Positions 1 to 9,225 of a DNA stretch of 64,000 nt are shown piece by piece (within the stretch, counting starts at the first letter, position 1; every line of letters begins with the position of its first letter). Below the pieces are notes generated by a model. That model was not told the origin of the DNA and made no database searches. It saw only the letters and a program-made list of their open reading frames with translations. The DNA comes from an uncultured delta proteobacterium (GTDB lineage Bacteria; Desulfobacterota; WTBG01), in assembly GCA_963793865.1 (NCBI GenBank), contig CAWCBP010000001.1, forward strand, positions 1,206,998 through 1,270,997, read 5' to 3'. The position numbers and the translations under genes were made by a program.

Positions 1-1305
1 AGTCTCTATTATCTCCATGCTCAGCCGCCGCTTTTTAATGCCTTCCTCGGGCTTGTCCTGAAATTTTCATCCCACCCCGCACTCTCCTTTGAGCTCGTTT
101 ATAAAACCGCGGGCATTTGCATGCCGCTGCTTTTCTATGGCATACTGACCTCTCTTGCCATAAGACCGGCAATTTCTTTCATCGCCACAGTCATCTTCAT
201 GTTCAATCCCACGCTGTTACTCTATGAAAACCTTCTCTACTATACGCACATGGAGGCTTTTTTTATTCTCCTCGCCCTTTTTGCCCTGCTTCGCTGGGGC
301 ATTGATCGAAGGAGACGGTTTCTGCTGATGTTTTTCCTGTCACTGCTCTGCCTGGGCATGATCCGTTCGCTCTTTCACACTGTTTTTTTCCTGCTGACGG
401 CCCTTCTGTTTTCCTTGTATCTTGGCTACTGGCACCGGGAGCGGCGTCTGGCCGGACAATTTTTCCTGTACTCGCTTATCGTACTCATTCCCATGGTCTC
501 GTTGTCTGTGAAAAACGGTCTCCTGTATAAATCCTTCGGAACGTCATCCTGGGATGGAATGAGTTTGTGGATAAAAGCCAACGGCTATGCACCTGAACAA
601 CTTGACTACTTTCGTCAGCAGGGCATCATCAGCGACATGGGGGTAAAAGCGGCCTATGACCCTTTTCAGCCTGTAGACAACTTTTTCGATGATGCCGACC
701 TTAAACAGATCCCCTGCCACCACCCGGCCGATTGCAGGATTTCGCGCAGCTCCGGCTACCCGAATTTCAACCACAGCGGTTATGTCTCTTTGTCAAAACA
801 GCTCTGGAAGGATGCGGTGGCGCTCATTTTACATGACCCCGGATTATTCGCCTATTACACGGCAGGATCATATTGCCTGATGCTCTGGCATGCGTCTGAT
901 TCGGTAAACGCGCTTTTCTATAATAACGCAACAATTCTTGATCAGATTGAAAACGCATACCGGTTCTTACATTTTGGATTTTTTGGAATAGAAAGCAAGC
1001 AGGCGAGTCATTACCTGTGGTGGGTCAGAACGGTCTGCATCAGTCTGCTGTTTCTCTTTTTCTATATCAGCACCCTGGTTGCGGCATTCCGGAAAGCAGA
1101 GAGATCGAAGCTTCCGCTCTTACTGCTCTCTCTCTTCTGCGTTCTCATTCACGCGTACACCCTGTGCGTATCCTCGCTTATTGAATTCGGAGAAAACAAC
1201 CGCTTTCGCTATCCCGTTGATGCCGCTTTTCTGGTATTGATCGCCGCCACGATTGCACGCTCAAAGCGCTCATTATTTAAAATCAGCACATCCCCGGCCC
1301 GATAA
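1..1305 (+). CDS. Polytopic membrane protein, probable GT-C/PMT-like glycosyltransferase (5' end outside the window)
   Basis: Frame is open from base 1 (SLYYLHAQPPLFN...). It has many hydrophobic segments, a soluble central loop and a C-terminal ENNRFRYPVD motif typical of GT-C-like proteins. Confidence 0.55.
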   Translation, partial: SLYYLHAQPPLFNAFLGLVLKFSSHPALSFELVYKTAGICMPLLFYGILTSLAIRPAISFIATVIFMFNPTLLLYENLLYYTHMEAFFILLALFALLRWGIDRRRRFLLMFFLSLLCLGMIRSLFHTVFFLLTALLFSLYLGYWHRERRLAGQFFLYSLIVLIPMVSLSVKNGLLYKSFGTSSWDGMSLWIKANGYAPEQLDYFRQQGIISDMGVKAAYDPFQPVDNFFDDADLKQIPCHHPADCRISRSSGYPNFNHSGYVSLSKQLWKDAVALILHDPGLFAYYTAGSYCLMLWHASDSVNALFYNNATILDQIENAYRFLHFGFFGIESKQASHYLWWVRTVCISLLFLFFYISTLVAAFRKAERSKLPLLLLSLFCVLIHAYTLCVSSLIEFGENNRFRYPVDAAFLVLIAATIARSKRSLFKISTSPAR

Positions 1306-1318
1306 AATACCTGCACAT

Positions 1319-1380
1319 AAAAAACTGGGGAGCACGATTCGCCCCCGAGACTCATGGCCCCGGGTGCCGTTGCTCCCCAG
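1319..1380 (-). terminator. Long GC-rich hairpin followed by a U6 tract
   Basis: The minus strand reads CTGGGGAGCA...TGCTCCCCAG-TTTTTT, with an inner CCCGGGGC/GTCTCGGG stem. Confidence 0.6.
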
Positions 1381-1543
1381 ACATGGAGGAGGGAAAAATG
1401 ATACTCTCATTTCCCCTATCCTTATATCGGCAGCGGGGAGAAAAACTTTAACTTCTTTCAGGTGGCATACGGTTCCCGGGCAAAACCCCTTTGCCGTTTC
1501 AGGATGATTGAATATCTTCAGCACTGAGGGATGCGGCAGGACA

Positions 1544-1774
1544 TCACACCTGGTAACGCTGATAGATCGCGTTCCGTGTGGGGCAGAGACAATAGGTTAA
1601 TTCACCATAGCGAAAAAGATAAGAGCAGGGCCCAATGCACGTGGGCTTTATTTCAATGAAGGGATATTTGCTGGCATAGGCCGGCCGGCAGGTGCAATCA
1701 GCTTTACCGGAAAGACAGAAAAATCCTTTTTCGCATTTCGTGGTAGCACTTAAAACCGGTTTGTCCACCTGCAT
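1544..1774 (-). CDS. Small Cys-rich hypothetical protein (76 aa, 8 Cys)
   Basis: ATG at 1774 has GAGGAG upstream. Sequence MQVDKPVLSATTKCEKGFFCLSG...CSY...YCLCPTRNAIYQRYQV. Confidence 0.7.
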   Translation of the reverse strand: MQVDKPVLSATTKCEKGFFCLSGKADCTCRPAYASKYPFIEIKPTCIGPCSYLFRYGELTYCLCPTRNAIYQRYQV

Positions 1775-1854
1775 TTGCACCGCGGGTACTCCTCTTGCCC
1801 GGCATGATATGCTAATCACCGAACCGCGACAAAACTTCTACACGGCCCTTCACC

Positions 1855-2058
1855 TCAGGCATCCTCGCTCAATGAAGGCTTTACATCCTGAAATATGTTG
1901 CCGCAAATCACATGACTCTTGCCGCTTATCCTTATGGTGAAGACGGGTTTCACTTCCAAAATCCGGGCATCCTCTCCTTTGTAGATAATATGCTGTCCCG
2001 GCCGGTACAGTTGATCTGCTTTGAGATTAGATACAATAGGCCCACTGTTCTTAATCAT
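1855..2058 (-). CDS. Small hypothetical protein (67 aa)
   Basis: A strong RBS (GGAGGT) precedes the ATG. It is the first ORF after the riboswitch terminator. Confidence 0.7.
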   Translation of the reverse strand: MIKNSGPIVSNLKADQLYRPGQHIIYKGEDARILEVKPVFTIRISGKSHVICGNIFQDVKPSLSEDA

Positions 2059-2077
2059 GCCCCACCTCCCGGGTCGT

Positions 2078-2110
2078 AAAATAAAAAACTGCCGCGTAAT
2101 TTTCGGCAGT
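2078..2110 (-). terminator. Riboswitch expression-platform terminator
   Basis: ACTGCCG-aaaattacg-CGGCAGT followed by TTTTTATTTT. It overlaps the aptamer 3' end. Confidence 0.8.
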
Positions 2111-2226
2111 CCAGCCTTCTACAAAACCAGTCAGAGAAGCACGTTCATACAACGATCCAGATGCCGCGGTAGAACTGTGGCTTTCCGTCCCCTGATCACT
2201 CAGGGTTTGGCTTTTTCGAATTACAC
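2094..2226 (-). ncRNA. c-di-GMP-I (GEMM) riboswitch aptamer
   Basis: The minus strand reads GTGTAATTCGAAAAAGCCAAACCCTGA-GTGA-TCAGGGGACGGAAAGCC...GGCTGGACTGCCGAAAATTACGC. It shows GEMM motifs AAACC, GGGACGGAAAGCC and a GNRA-capped P2, plus a P1 of GTGTAATT/AATTACGC. Confidence 0.88.
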
Positions 2227-2248
2227 TAATCTTTTTTTTGTTACAGGT

Positions 2249-2277
2249 TATATAGTAAAAAAAAAGTGATTTGTCAA
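2249..2277 (-). promoter_or_regulatory. Sigma70-type promoter for the riboswitch transcript
   Basis: TTGACA-N17-TATATA. Confidence 0.65.
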
Positions 2278-2298
2278 GGGATGAATATGTCAATCATT

Positions 2299-2335
2299 AA
2301 AAACTGAAGCACCCGGCATTATGGCCGAAGTGCTT
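2299..2335 (-). terminator. Terminator after the tRNA pair
   Basis: AAGCACTTCGGC...GCCGGGTGCTT hairpin followed by CAGTTTTT. Confidence 0.6.
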
Positions 2336-2343
2336 GATTTTGG

Positions 2344-2420
2344 TGGCGGGGACGACGGGACTCGAACCCGCGATCTCTGGCTTGACAGGCCAGTGTGTTA
2401 ACCAACTACACCACGCCCCC
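2344..2420 (-). tRNA. tRNA-Asp(GTC)
   Basis: Cloverleaf GGGGGCG.../CGTCCCC, anticodon loop CT-GTC-AA, TTCGAGT T-loop, encoded CCA. Confidence 0.97.
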
Positions 2421-2452
2421 ACCTGTCTAAATTTTACGATGTGCTCAATTTC

Positions 2453-2528
2453 TGGTGGGCGGGACAGGGCTCGAACCTGCGACCCTCTGCTTGTAAGGCA
2501 GATGCTCTCCCAGCTGAGCTACCCGCCC
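2453..2528 (-). tRNA. tRNA-Val(TAC)
   Basis: Cloverleaf GGGCGGG.../CCCGCCC, anticodon loop CT-TAC-AA, TTCGAGC T-loop, encoded CCA. Confidence 0.97.
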
Positions 2529-2538
2529 GAGTTCGGTA

Positions 2539-2567
2539 TTTCTAACAGTTTATTCCTCGCCTGTCAA
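2539..2567 (-). promoter_or_regulatory. Sigma70-type promoter of the tRNA operon
   Basis: TTGACA-N17-TAGAAA, about 10 nt upstream of tRNA-Val. Confidence 0.6.
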
Positions 2568-2668
2568 GGAAATAGTCGCACAGGTGAAGTGGTATAGAAT
2601 ATCGGATTGACAGGTTTAGAGCTTTACATAAAATATGTGGCGGAATATTATGAGTCGAGGTGTGACCT

Positions 2669-3160
2669 ATGCCGGTAAAACAGAGAAGATGCCCGCACTG
2701 TGGACAGAAGATTCAGGAGTACCTGCATCCCTTTCCTACGGTTGATGTCATCATTGAGATGTCCGGCGGAGGCGTTGTCCTGATAAAGCGGAAAAATCCT
2801 CCGCATGGCTGGGCACTCCCGGGAGGTTTTGTTGATTACGGCGAATCACTGGAACAGGCCGTGATAAGGGAGGCAAAGGAAGAAACGTCCCTCGACATCA
2901 TTCTCACATCGCAGTTTCACACCTACTCGGATCCAAAAAGGGATTCCCGGAAACACACCATCAGCACTGTTTTTATTGCCCGGGCCTCCGGCGCACCCGC
3001 CGCCGCCGATGACGCCGAAGGGATCGGAATTTTTACCGGCAAAAACCTCCCCTCCCCCCTTGCCTTTGATCATGAAACAATAGTGCGGGATTATTTCAAT
3101 ACGAAAATAAGGTCTACGATTAGTAGGGGCGACCGGCCGGTCGCCCCTACATCTGGATAA
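2669..3160 (+). CDS. NUDIX hydrolase
   Basis: Nudix box [24 protein letters not shown] and an N-terminal CPHC. Confidence 0.93.
   Translation: MPVKQRRCPHCGQKIQEYLHPFPTVDVIIEMSGGGVVLIKRKNPPHGWALPGGFVDYGESLEQAVIREAKEETSLDIILTSQFHTYSDPKRDSRKHTISTVFIARASGAPAAADDAEGIGIFTGKNLPSPLAFDHETIVRDYFNTKIRSTISRGDRPVAPTSG
3123..3150. repeat. GTAG-type REP-like perfect palindrome, copy 1
   Basis: GTAGGGGCGACCGGCCGGTCGCCCCTAC, identical to 57855-57882. Confidence 0.85.
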
Positions 3161-3259
3161 GATTGACTCGAAAATAGTTTGAGGATACCCCCTCCCTCTC
3201 TCCGGAGGGTAGAGGGAATCTTTTTTAACCCAGCTTTAAGCCCGCTTCACACACCCGTT

Positions 3260-3478
3260 TCAAACGGACACCACTGACTTGATTTCGGGTATTTCCTCCT
3301 TGATCGCCCGCTCAACACCCATCTTGAGCGTCATCTGGGCGCCCGCGCATCCCGCGCATGCCCCTTTCAGCCGAACCGACACCACGCCGTCAACAACATC
3401 AACCAACTCGATATTGCCGCCGTCAGCCTGCAGCGCAGGCCTGATTTTTGCTATTATCTTTTCCACCTGTTCTCTCAT
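3260..3478 (-). CDS. NifU/NfuA C-terminal-domain Fe-S scaffold protein
   Basis: IRPALQADGGNIELV...LKGACAGC motif. Confidence 0.93.
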   Translation of the reverse strand: MREQVEKIIAKIRPALQADGGNIELVDVVDGVVSVRLKGACAGCAGAQMTLKMGVERAIKEEIPEIKSVVSV

Positions 3479-3726
3479 CCTGTAGACTCCTTTCCTTTCG
3501 GATTGCTATTGAACTCAACATCAGCTACAATACTATAACTTAATGATGGTCCTTTGTCACCTTATTTCAGGCGGGTAATTTCTCAAAAAGATATGTGACA
3601 TTTTGGCAGGAGCGCATTGAGGCACGATATATTCGCGGCTTAAAGCCGCTCCTACCGGCCCTGCACATTGAGAGAGTGCCATACTCAGGTCTACATTATT
3701 AATTATAAAACCGCGTGGTACAGGGC

Positions 3727-4404
3727 ATGAACCAAAAACTGGGCATTGTTCTGGTAAGCGGAGGATTGGACAGTTGCGTTACGGCTGCTGTCGCCCGCCG
3801 GGACCATGAAACGGCGTTCCTGCATGTCAACTACGGGCAAAGGACCGAGGAACGCGAATTGCGGGCCTTTCACGCCATCGCCGATCACTATGGTGTCGCG
3901 CGAAGGCTGGTAACCGACATCGGCTACCTGAAACTGATCGGGGGGTCAAGCCTGGTCGATCCATCCATGCCCATAGAGACGGCGACATCCGCCTCCCAGG
4001 ACATTCCCTCAACCTATGTCCCCTTTCGCAACGCGCACCTCCTGGCAATTGCCGCGTCCTGGGCGGAAGCAATCGGAGCCGCGGCAATTTTTATCGGCGC
4101 CGTGGAGCAGGACAGCGCCGGCTATCCCGACTGCCGGCCCCCGTTCTTCGATGCCTTCAGCCGTCTTGTCCGTGAGGGAACGCGGCCGGGAACGCGAATC
4201 ACCATCAACACGCCGGTGATCAACCTGCGGAAAAAGGAGATTGTCCTCCTGGGAAACAAACTGAATGCGCCCCTTCAGCTGACCTGGTCATGCTACCAGA
4301 ACAGCGAGCGGGCCTGCGGCCTGTGCAGCAGCTGCCTGCTGCGCTTGAAAGGATTTCAGGAAGCGGGAATCAGCGACCCCATCCCTTATGCCATTCCTGT
4401 GTGA
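3727..4404 (+). CDS. queC: 7-cyano-7-deazaguanine synthase
   Basis: SGGLDS, YGQR, TYVPFRN, GYPDCR and the C-terminal Zn motif SCY..CGLCSSC. Confidence 0.96.
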   Translation: MNQKLGIVLVSGGLDSCVTAAVARRDHETAFLHVNYGQRTEERELRAFHAIADHYGVARRLVTDIGYLKLIGGSSLVDPSMPIETATSASQDIPSTYVPFRNAHLLAIAASWAEAIGAAAIFIGAVEQDSAGYPDCRPPFFDAFSRLVREGTRPGTRITINTPVINLRKKEIVLLGNKLNAPLQLTWSCYQNSERACGLCSSCLLRLKGFQEAGISDPIPYAIPV

Positions 4405-4440
4405 ATCTTCGAAAAACACCCCTCCCCGCGGTGCCCCTCC

Positions 4441-6480
4441 CTACTGGGCGGCCCGGTCGTAATGCGAAAAATGCATGGAGAAGCTGCCCCGCCCCTGGGT
4501 GAGGGAACGCAGGCTGGTGGGATAACCGAACATGGGCTTAAGGGGAACGTGGGCATCGACCATGCTGATGGTCCCCTTGGCGGTGATCATTCCCACCTTG
4601 CCTCCCCGGGCATTGAGATCACCGATCACCTCTCCCACGAACTCATTGGGCACCACAATTTCGATGGACATGATGGGCTCAAGCATCACCGGGCGGGCCT
4701 TATGACAGCCTTCCCTGAGCGCCATCGACGTGGCGATCTTATACGCCAGCTGCGATGATGCGCCTTCCCGGAAGGAGCCGTTTACCAGGCACGCTTCCAG
4801 GTCCACCAGCGGGTACCCTGCCAGGACGCCGCTCAAGGTTGCCTCCTTCACTCCCTCTTCAACAGCGCCCCAGAACTGAGCAGGAATCTTGTCTTCCCCG
4901 ATGTCGGTGGCAAAGCGTATGCCCTCTCCCCGTCCAAGAGGTTTCAGCCGCAGAGCAACATGTCCGAAATGAGTCTCACCGGAAATTTCCCGCTCAAACT
5001 TCCCCTCTGCGACGGTTGATTCAGTGATGGTCTCGCGGTACACCACCTGCGGCTTTCCGACTTTGACCTCCAGGTTGTAATCCTCTGAGAGCCTGGTCAT
5101 GGCAACTTCCAGGTGCAGCTCCCCCATTCCGGACACAATGGTCTGTCCTGAATCCTGGTCAAAGCTGACTTTAAGGGTGGGATCTTCTTCGGCAAGCTTG
5201 GAAAGGGAAAATGACAGCTTTTCCTGGTCGGCGGTTGCCCGGGGCTCGACGGCGATAAACATCACCGGCTTGTATACCCCGATGGGCTCCAGCACCAGGG
5301 GATGCGCCTCGTCGGTGAGCGTGTCTCCGGTGGTGGTGTCCCGCAGCCCCGCTGCCGCAATTATATCCCCAGCCCGCACATCGGCAATCCGCTCCTTCTT
5401 GTTGGCGTGCATCTTGAACAGGCGCGCCACTTTCTCCTTCGTCTGCCTGGTGGCGTTATAAACCTCTTCACCGGTTTCCAGCTTGCCCGAATAAACCCTG
5501 AGGTAGGTCAGCTTTCTCCCCTCGTCCATGGCAACCTTGAAGGCAAGCGCCGCAAACGGTTCATCGCTGCTGCTGCGCCGGGATTCTTTTTCCCCGGTTT
5601 CAGGATTGACGCCTTCCACCGGCGGCACATCCTGGGGAGAAGGCAGATAATCGACGATGCTGTCGAGAAGGGGCTGAATGCCCTTGTTGCGGAGGCCCGC
5701 CCCGCACAGCACCGGCACCACGCTCATGTCCAGGGTCGCCTTTCTCAGGACCGATTTGATCTCCTCCTCGGAGAGCTCGCTGCCCGAGAGATATTTTTCC
5801 ATGATGGCATCGTCCTTCTCCACCACCGCTTCCAGGAGCAGATGGCGGCAGTGGCCGGCCTGCTCCCGCAATTCGTCGGGAACGGGCAGCAGCTCGAATT
5901 CGGTCCCCAGGGTGTCGTCATGCCAGATGACCGCCTTATTTTTAATCAGGTCCACCACCCCCTGAAAGCCGTCCTCCCGCCCCCAGGGGATCTGCAGCGC
6001 CACCGGGTGCGCGCCCAGTTTTTGCACCATCATCTCCAGGGCATTGAAAAAATCGGCGCCGGGACGGTCCATCTTGTTGACGAACGCGATCCGCGGGACC
6101 CGGTACCTGTCCGCCTGGTGCCACACCGTTTCCGACTGTGGCTCCACGCCCTCAACGCCGCTGAAAACCACCACCGCCCCGTCCAGCACCCGCAGCGACC
6201 GCTCAACCTCGATGGTGAAGTCAACGTGCCCCGGGGTATCAATCAAATGAATCTCATGCTTGAGCCAGTTAAGGGTGGTCACGGCGGAGGTAATGGTAAT
6301 GCCCCGCTCCTGCTCCTGGTGCATCCAGTCCATGGTTGCTTCGCCGTCATGCACCTCACCCAGCTTGTATGACCGGCCGGTGTAGAAGAGCATGCGCTCG
6401 CTGACCGTGGTCTTCCCCGCGTCAATATGAGCGATGATGCCTATGTTTCTGATGGTGGATAATTTAGCTTTCGATGCCAT
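4441..6480 (-). CDS. fusA: Elongation factor G paralog (EF-G2-like), stand-alone
   Basis: G motifs [19 protein letters not shown] and NKMD; 679 aa with all EF-G domains; not in an rpsL-rpsG-tuf context. Confidence 0.92.
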   Translation of the reverse strand: MASKAKLSTIRNIGIIAHIDAGKTTVSERMLFYTGRSYKLGEVHDGEATMDWMHQEQERGITITSAVTTLNWLKHEIHLIDTPGHVDFTIEVERSLRVLDGAVVVFSGVEGVEPQSETVWHQADRYRVPRIAFVNKMDRPGADFFNALEMMVQKLGAHPVALQIPWGREDGFQGVVDLIKNKAVIWHDDTLGTEFELLPVPDELREQAGHCRHLLLEAVVEKDDAIMEKYLSGSELSEEEIKSVLRKATLDMSVVPVLCGAGLRNKGIQPLLDSIVDYLPSPQDVPPVEGVNPETGEKESRRSSSDEPFAALAFKVAMDEGRKLTYLRVYSGKLETGEEVYNATRQTKEKVARLFKMHANKKERIADVRAGDIIAAAGLRDTTTGDTLTDEAHPLVLEPIGVYKPVMFIAVEPRATADQEKLSFSLSKLAEEDPTLKVSFDQDSGQTIVSGMGELHLEVAMTRLSEDYNLEVKVGKPQVVYRETITESTVAEGKFEREISGETHFGHVALRLKPLGRGEGIRFATDIGEDKIPAQFWGAVEEGVKEATLSGVLAGYPLVDLEACLVNGSFREGASSQLAYKIATSMALREGCHKARPVMLEPIMSIEIVVPNEFVGEVIGDLNARGGKVGMITAKGTISMVDAHVPLKPMFGYPTSLRSLTQGRGSFSMHFSHYDRAAQ

Positions 6481-6504
6481 GGGTATAATTTTTTCAACAA
6501 CCTT

Positions 6505-7134
6505 CTACTGTATGACCGTTTTATCCGCCGCAAACGGCTCCCTGCAATCGATATGGCCGGCAAGGGAGTCAATGGGCTTCCCGTCAACCAGGATGCCCAC
6601 CTTTTTAACTTCACTGAAATTGAGGGAGACCGTGTTGACAATTGAATAGATGGTCATGATTTCAGCGGTGCTGCCCCCCGGGTGATCCGAAACAAACGAG
6701 GGACTGAAGTTGAGCCAGGCAACGCCGTCTCCCTTCATGCGCACGCCCTTAAGCTCGACCGAAGCCGGGATGGTGCGTCCCAGCGGACCGCGGGGCCCCT
6801 TCAGCAGTTCCCTGACCGCCTGCCCGATGCGTTCTTCAAGGGAGGAAGCCTCCGCGACGGAACGTTCCTCGGCAATCAGGCGCTCCCCCTGGGCATCGGC
6901 AAAATAGAGACTGAGCCTGCTTTCCGGCGGCTTCCGGTAGGTGTCCGCGGCGCGCTCCGGATATCTTCTGATATCACCATACCGGAGAAAGACGTAGGCG
7001 GCAGCGGCGACAATGACGATGACCGTAATGACCGCCCCCCAGGGGAATCTCCCGGAAGCAGGTTTCGTGCTGCCTGTTCCCCTTCCCTTTTGCCTTCGTT
7101 TCGTTTTTGCCACAGGGCTTTTATCTTTCCTCAC
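6505..7134 (-). CDS. GerMN domain membrane-anchored protein
   Basis: N-terminal TM segment, LYFAD, LLKGP, GGSTAEIMTIYSIVNT and SLAGHID. Confidence 0.85.
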   Translation of the reverse strand: MRKDKSPVAKTKRRQKGRGTGSTKPASGRFPWGAVITVIVIVAAAAYVFLRYGDIRRYPERAADTYRKPPESRLSLYFADAQGERLIAEERSVAEASSLEERIGQAVRELLKGPRGPLGRTIPASVELKGVRMKGDGVAWLNFSPSFVSDHPGGSTAEIMTIYSIVNTVSLNFSEVKKVGILVDGKPIDSLAGHIDCREPFAADKTVIQ

Positions 7135-7144
7135 GCGGTGAGCG

Positions 7145-7960
7145 CTACATTTCCACCTGCTTCACCTGTTCAACAGCCGTTCCTAAAAATCTCGTTCCCA
7201 AATGGGTAAAGCGGTCCGGCGCATCAGTGACAAAATAGAGGGGAGGCACCGTGTCCCTGCCGGAGGAGAGCAGCTGCATCCCCTGTAAAACGCCGTGCAC
7301 TTCGCGGGCCGTCTCCTGCGCTGAATCAACCAGGGCGACGGCGGGGCCCATGAAGCGGGCTATGGTATCCTTGAGAAGCGGGTAATGAGTGCATCCCAGC
7401 ACCAGGGTATCAATGCCCAGCTCTTTGAAGGCACCCAGGTAGCGTTTGACCGTAAGCGATTTCAGCTCCTCAAGATACGCCTCGTCTTCGGGACCGTTCC
7501 AGTTTTCCTCAACCAGCGGAACGAAGAGCGGGCAGGACCTGCTCAGCACTTCAATCCCGGGGTCAATCCGCTTGATCTCGGCCGCGTAGGCATTGCTCCT
7601 GACCGTGGCCTCCGTGCCGATGACGCCGACCCGGCCCGCGCGGGTTGAGCGGGCCGCCTGCCTGGCGCCGGGCCCGATGACCTCCACGATGGGTATGGAA
7701 AGCTTTTCCTTCAAGTACGCGGTGGCGTTGGCGGAGGCGGTATTGCAGGCGACAACCAGGAGCTTGATACCCTGCTTGAGGAGAAAGAGAGCGTCCTCCA
7801 GGGCGTATCTCCTGATGGTGTCTGAAGACTTTGTACCGTAGGGCACGCGGGCGGTGTCCCCCAGGTAAATCAGCTTTTCATGGGGCAGCACCCGGCACAG
7901 CTCCTTCAGAACCGTCAGTCCGCCGATGCCGGAATCAAAGATCCCGATGGACTTGTCCAC
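7145..7960 (-). CDS. murI: Glutamate racemase
   Basis: FDSGIGGLTV, VACNTAS and LGCTHYP. Confidence 0.97.
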   Translation of the reverse strand: MDKSIGIFDSGIGGLTVLKELCRVLPHEKLIYLGDTARVPYGTKSSDTIRRYALEDALFLLKQGIKLLVVACNTASANATAYLKEKLSIPIVEVIGPGARQAARSTRAGRVGVIGTEATVRSNAYAAEIKRIDPGIEVLSRSCPLFVPLVEENWNGPEDEAYLEELKSLTVKRYLGAFKELGIDTLVLGCTHYPLLKDTIARFMGPAVALVDSAQETAREVHGVLQGMQLLSSGRDTVPPLYFVTDAPDRFTHLGTRFLGTAVEQVKQVEM

Positions 7961-8196
7961 CGATTCACATCCTTTCCCAATGGGTAAACATGATCACGCT
8001 TAGCGCGCTTAAGTGCAGGATAGTAGGTTATTACCCCATAATTGTCAAGCAGTTTGCCTCCCTCTGAACCGTAAGGACGGCCGCGTGGAAGCGGTTAAAA
8101 CTGTTTGCATAATCGGCATGTCTATATTAGTATCTTCCTGCCGGTGCACTGGTTGTAACGCCCCGTTCGCAGCGATCGGGCAGAATGTGAGGATTC

Positions 8197-9199
8197 ATGG
8201 TCATGAATACCGTCGGCTTTACCACCACTGTACCGCTGGAGATACTTCATGCCGCGGGGAAGGTACCGGTTGATCTTAACAACCGGTTCATAACCCATCC
8301 CGATCTCAAGGGCCTGCTGAGAAAGGCGGAGCGGGACGGCTTTCCCCGCAACGTCTGCAGCTGGATCAAGGGCATCTACGCGGTTGCGCTTGAGCTTGAA
8401 ATCGATGAGGTCATTGCCGTAACCCAGGGAGACTGCAGCAACACCCAGGCCCTCATGGAAACCCTGCAGTGGAAAGGGGTCAAAACCATTCCTTTTTTTT
8501 ATCCCTATGACCGGGACCCGCAGTTTCTCTCGCTGAGCATGGAAAAGCTGATGCGCCATTTCTCGGTAACCGGCGGGCAGTGTCTCGAGGCAAAAACGGA
8601 ACTGGACGCCGTTCGCAGGAAGGTCCACCGAATCGATGAGATGACCTGGAAGGAAAACACGGTGACCGGCCGGGAGAACCACTACTTTCAGGTGTCAACC
8701 AGCGACATGAACGGTGACTGGCGCCGCATTTGAGGCGGAGGTGGATCGGTTTCTCACGTCCCTCGATGGGCGTCAGCCCTTCGGGGAGGACATCCGCCTG
8801 GGATACATCGGGGTGCCTCCCCTGATCAGCGACCTGTACAGCTATATTGAAGGCTTGAACGCGCGGGTGGTTTTCAATGAAATGCAGCGGCAGTTCAGCA
8901 TGCCCTGCCGGACGGACTCGCTCGTCGAGCAGTACCTGCGCTACACCTGTCCGTATGACATTTTCATGCGCATCGAGGATATCAGGCGGGAGATCAGCCG
9001 GCGGAAGATCGACGGGATCATTCATTACGTGCAGTCATTCTGTTTCCGGCAGATCGAAGACCCCCTGTTCAAGAAATCCTTCACCATCCCCACGCTGACG
9101 ATCGAGGGTGACCAGCCGTCGGCCCTGGACAGCAGGAACAGGATGAAGATCGAGGTGTTTATCGAAATGCTCCGCCTGCGCAAGGCCGGGCCTGCCTGA
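8197..9199 (+). CDS. 2-hydroxyacyl-CoA dehydratase family (HgdB/FldC-like) subunit, split by a 1-nt insertion near 8722
   Basis: ORFs 8197-8733 (GFPRNVCSWIKG, GDCSN) and 8714-9199 (YVQSFCFR, TIEGD) join if one base is removed from GACTGG-C-GCCGCA. Confidence 0.8.
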
Positions 9200-9225
9200 G
9201 CGGATTCCCTCAACACGCAGATTTT

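Noticed and set aside
2094..2226. 3',3'-cGAMP (GEMM-Ib) specificity
   Set aside because: The discriminating position 20 reads G, not A.
2341..2420. tRNA-Asp 3' end (CCACCA) as an integration site
   Set aside because: A normal terminator follows. I saw no integrase and no duplicated tRNA 3' fragment in the window.
2334..2597. 87-aa ORF over the tRNAs
   Set aside because: It is an antisense shadow of two tRNA genes.
8714..8733. Selenocysteine or TGA readthrough, or programmed frameshifting, at broken genes (here and at 11656, 22752)
   Set aside because: The proteins continue in a different frame, not past the TGA, and the sites share no slippery or stimulatory motif.
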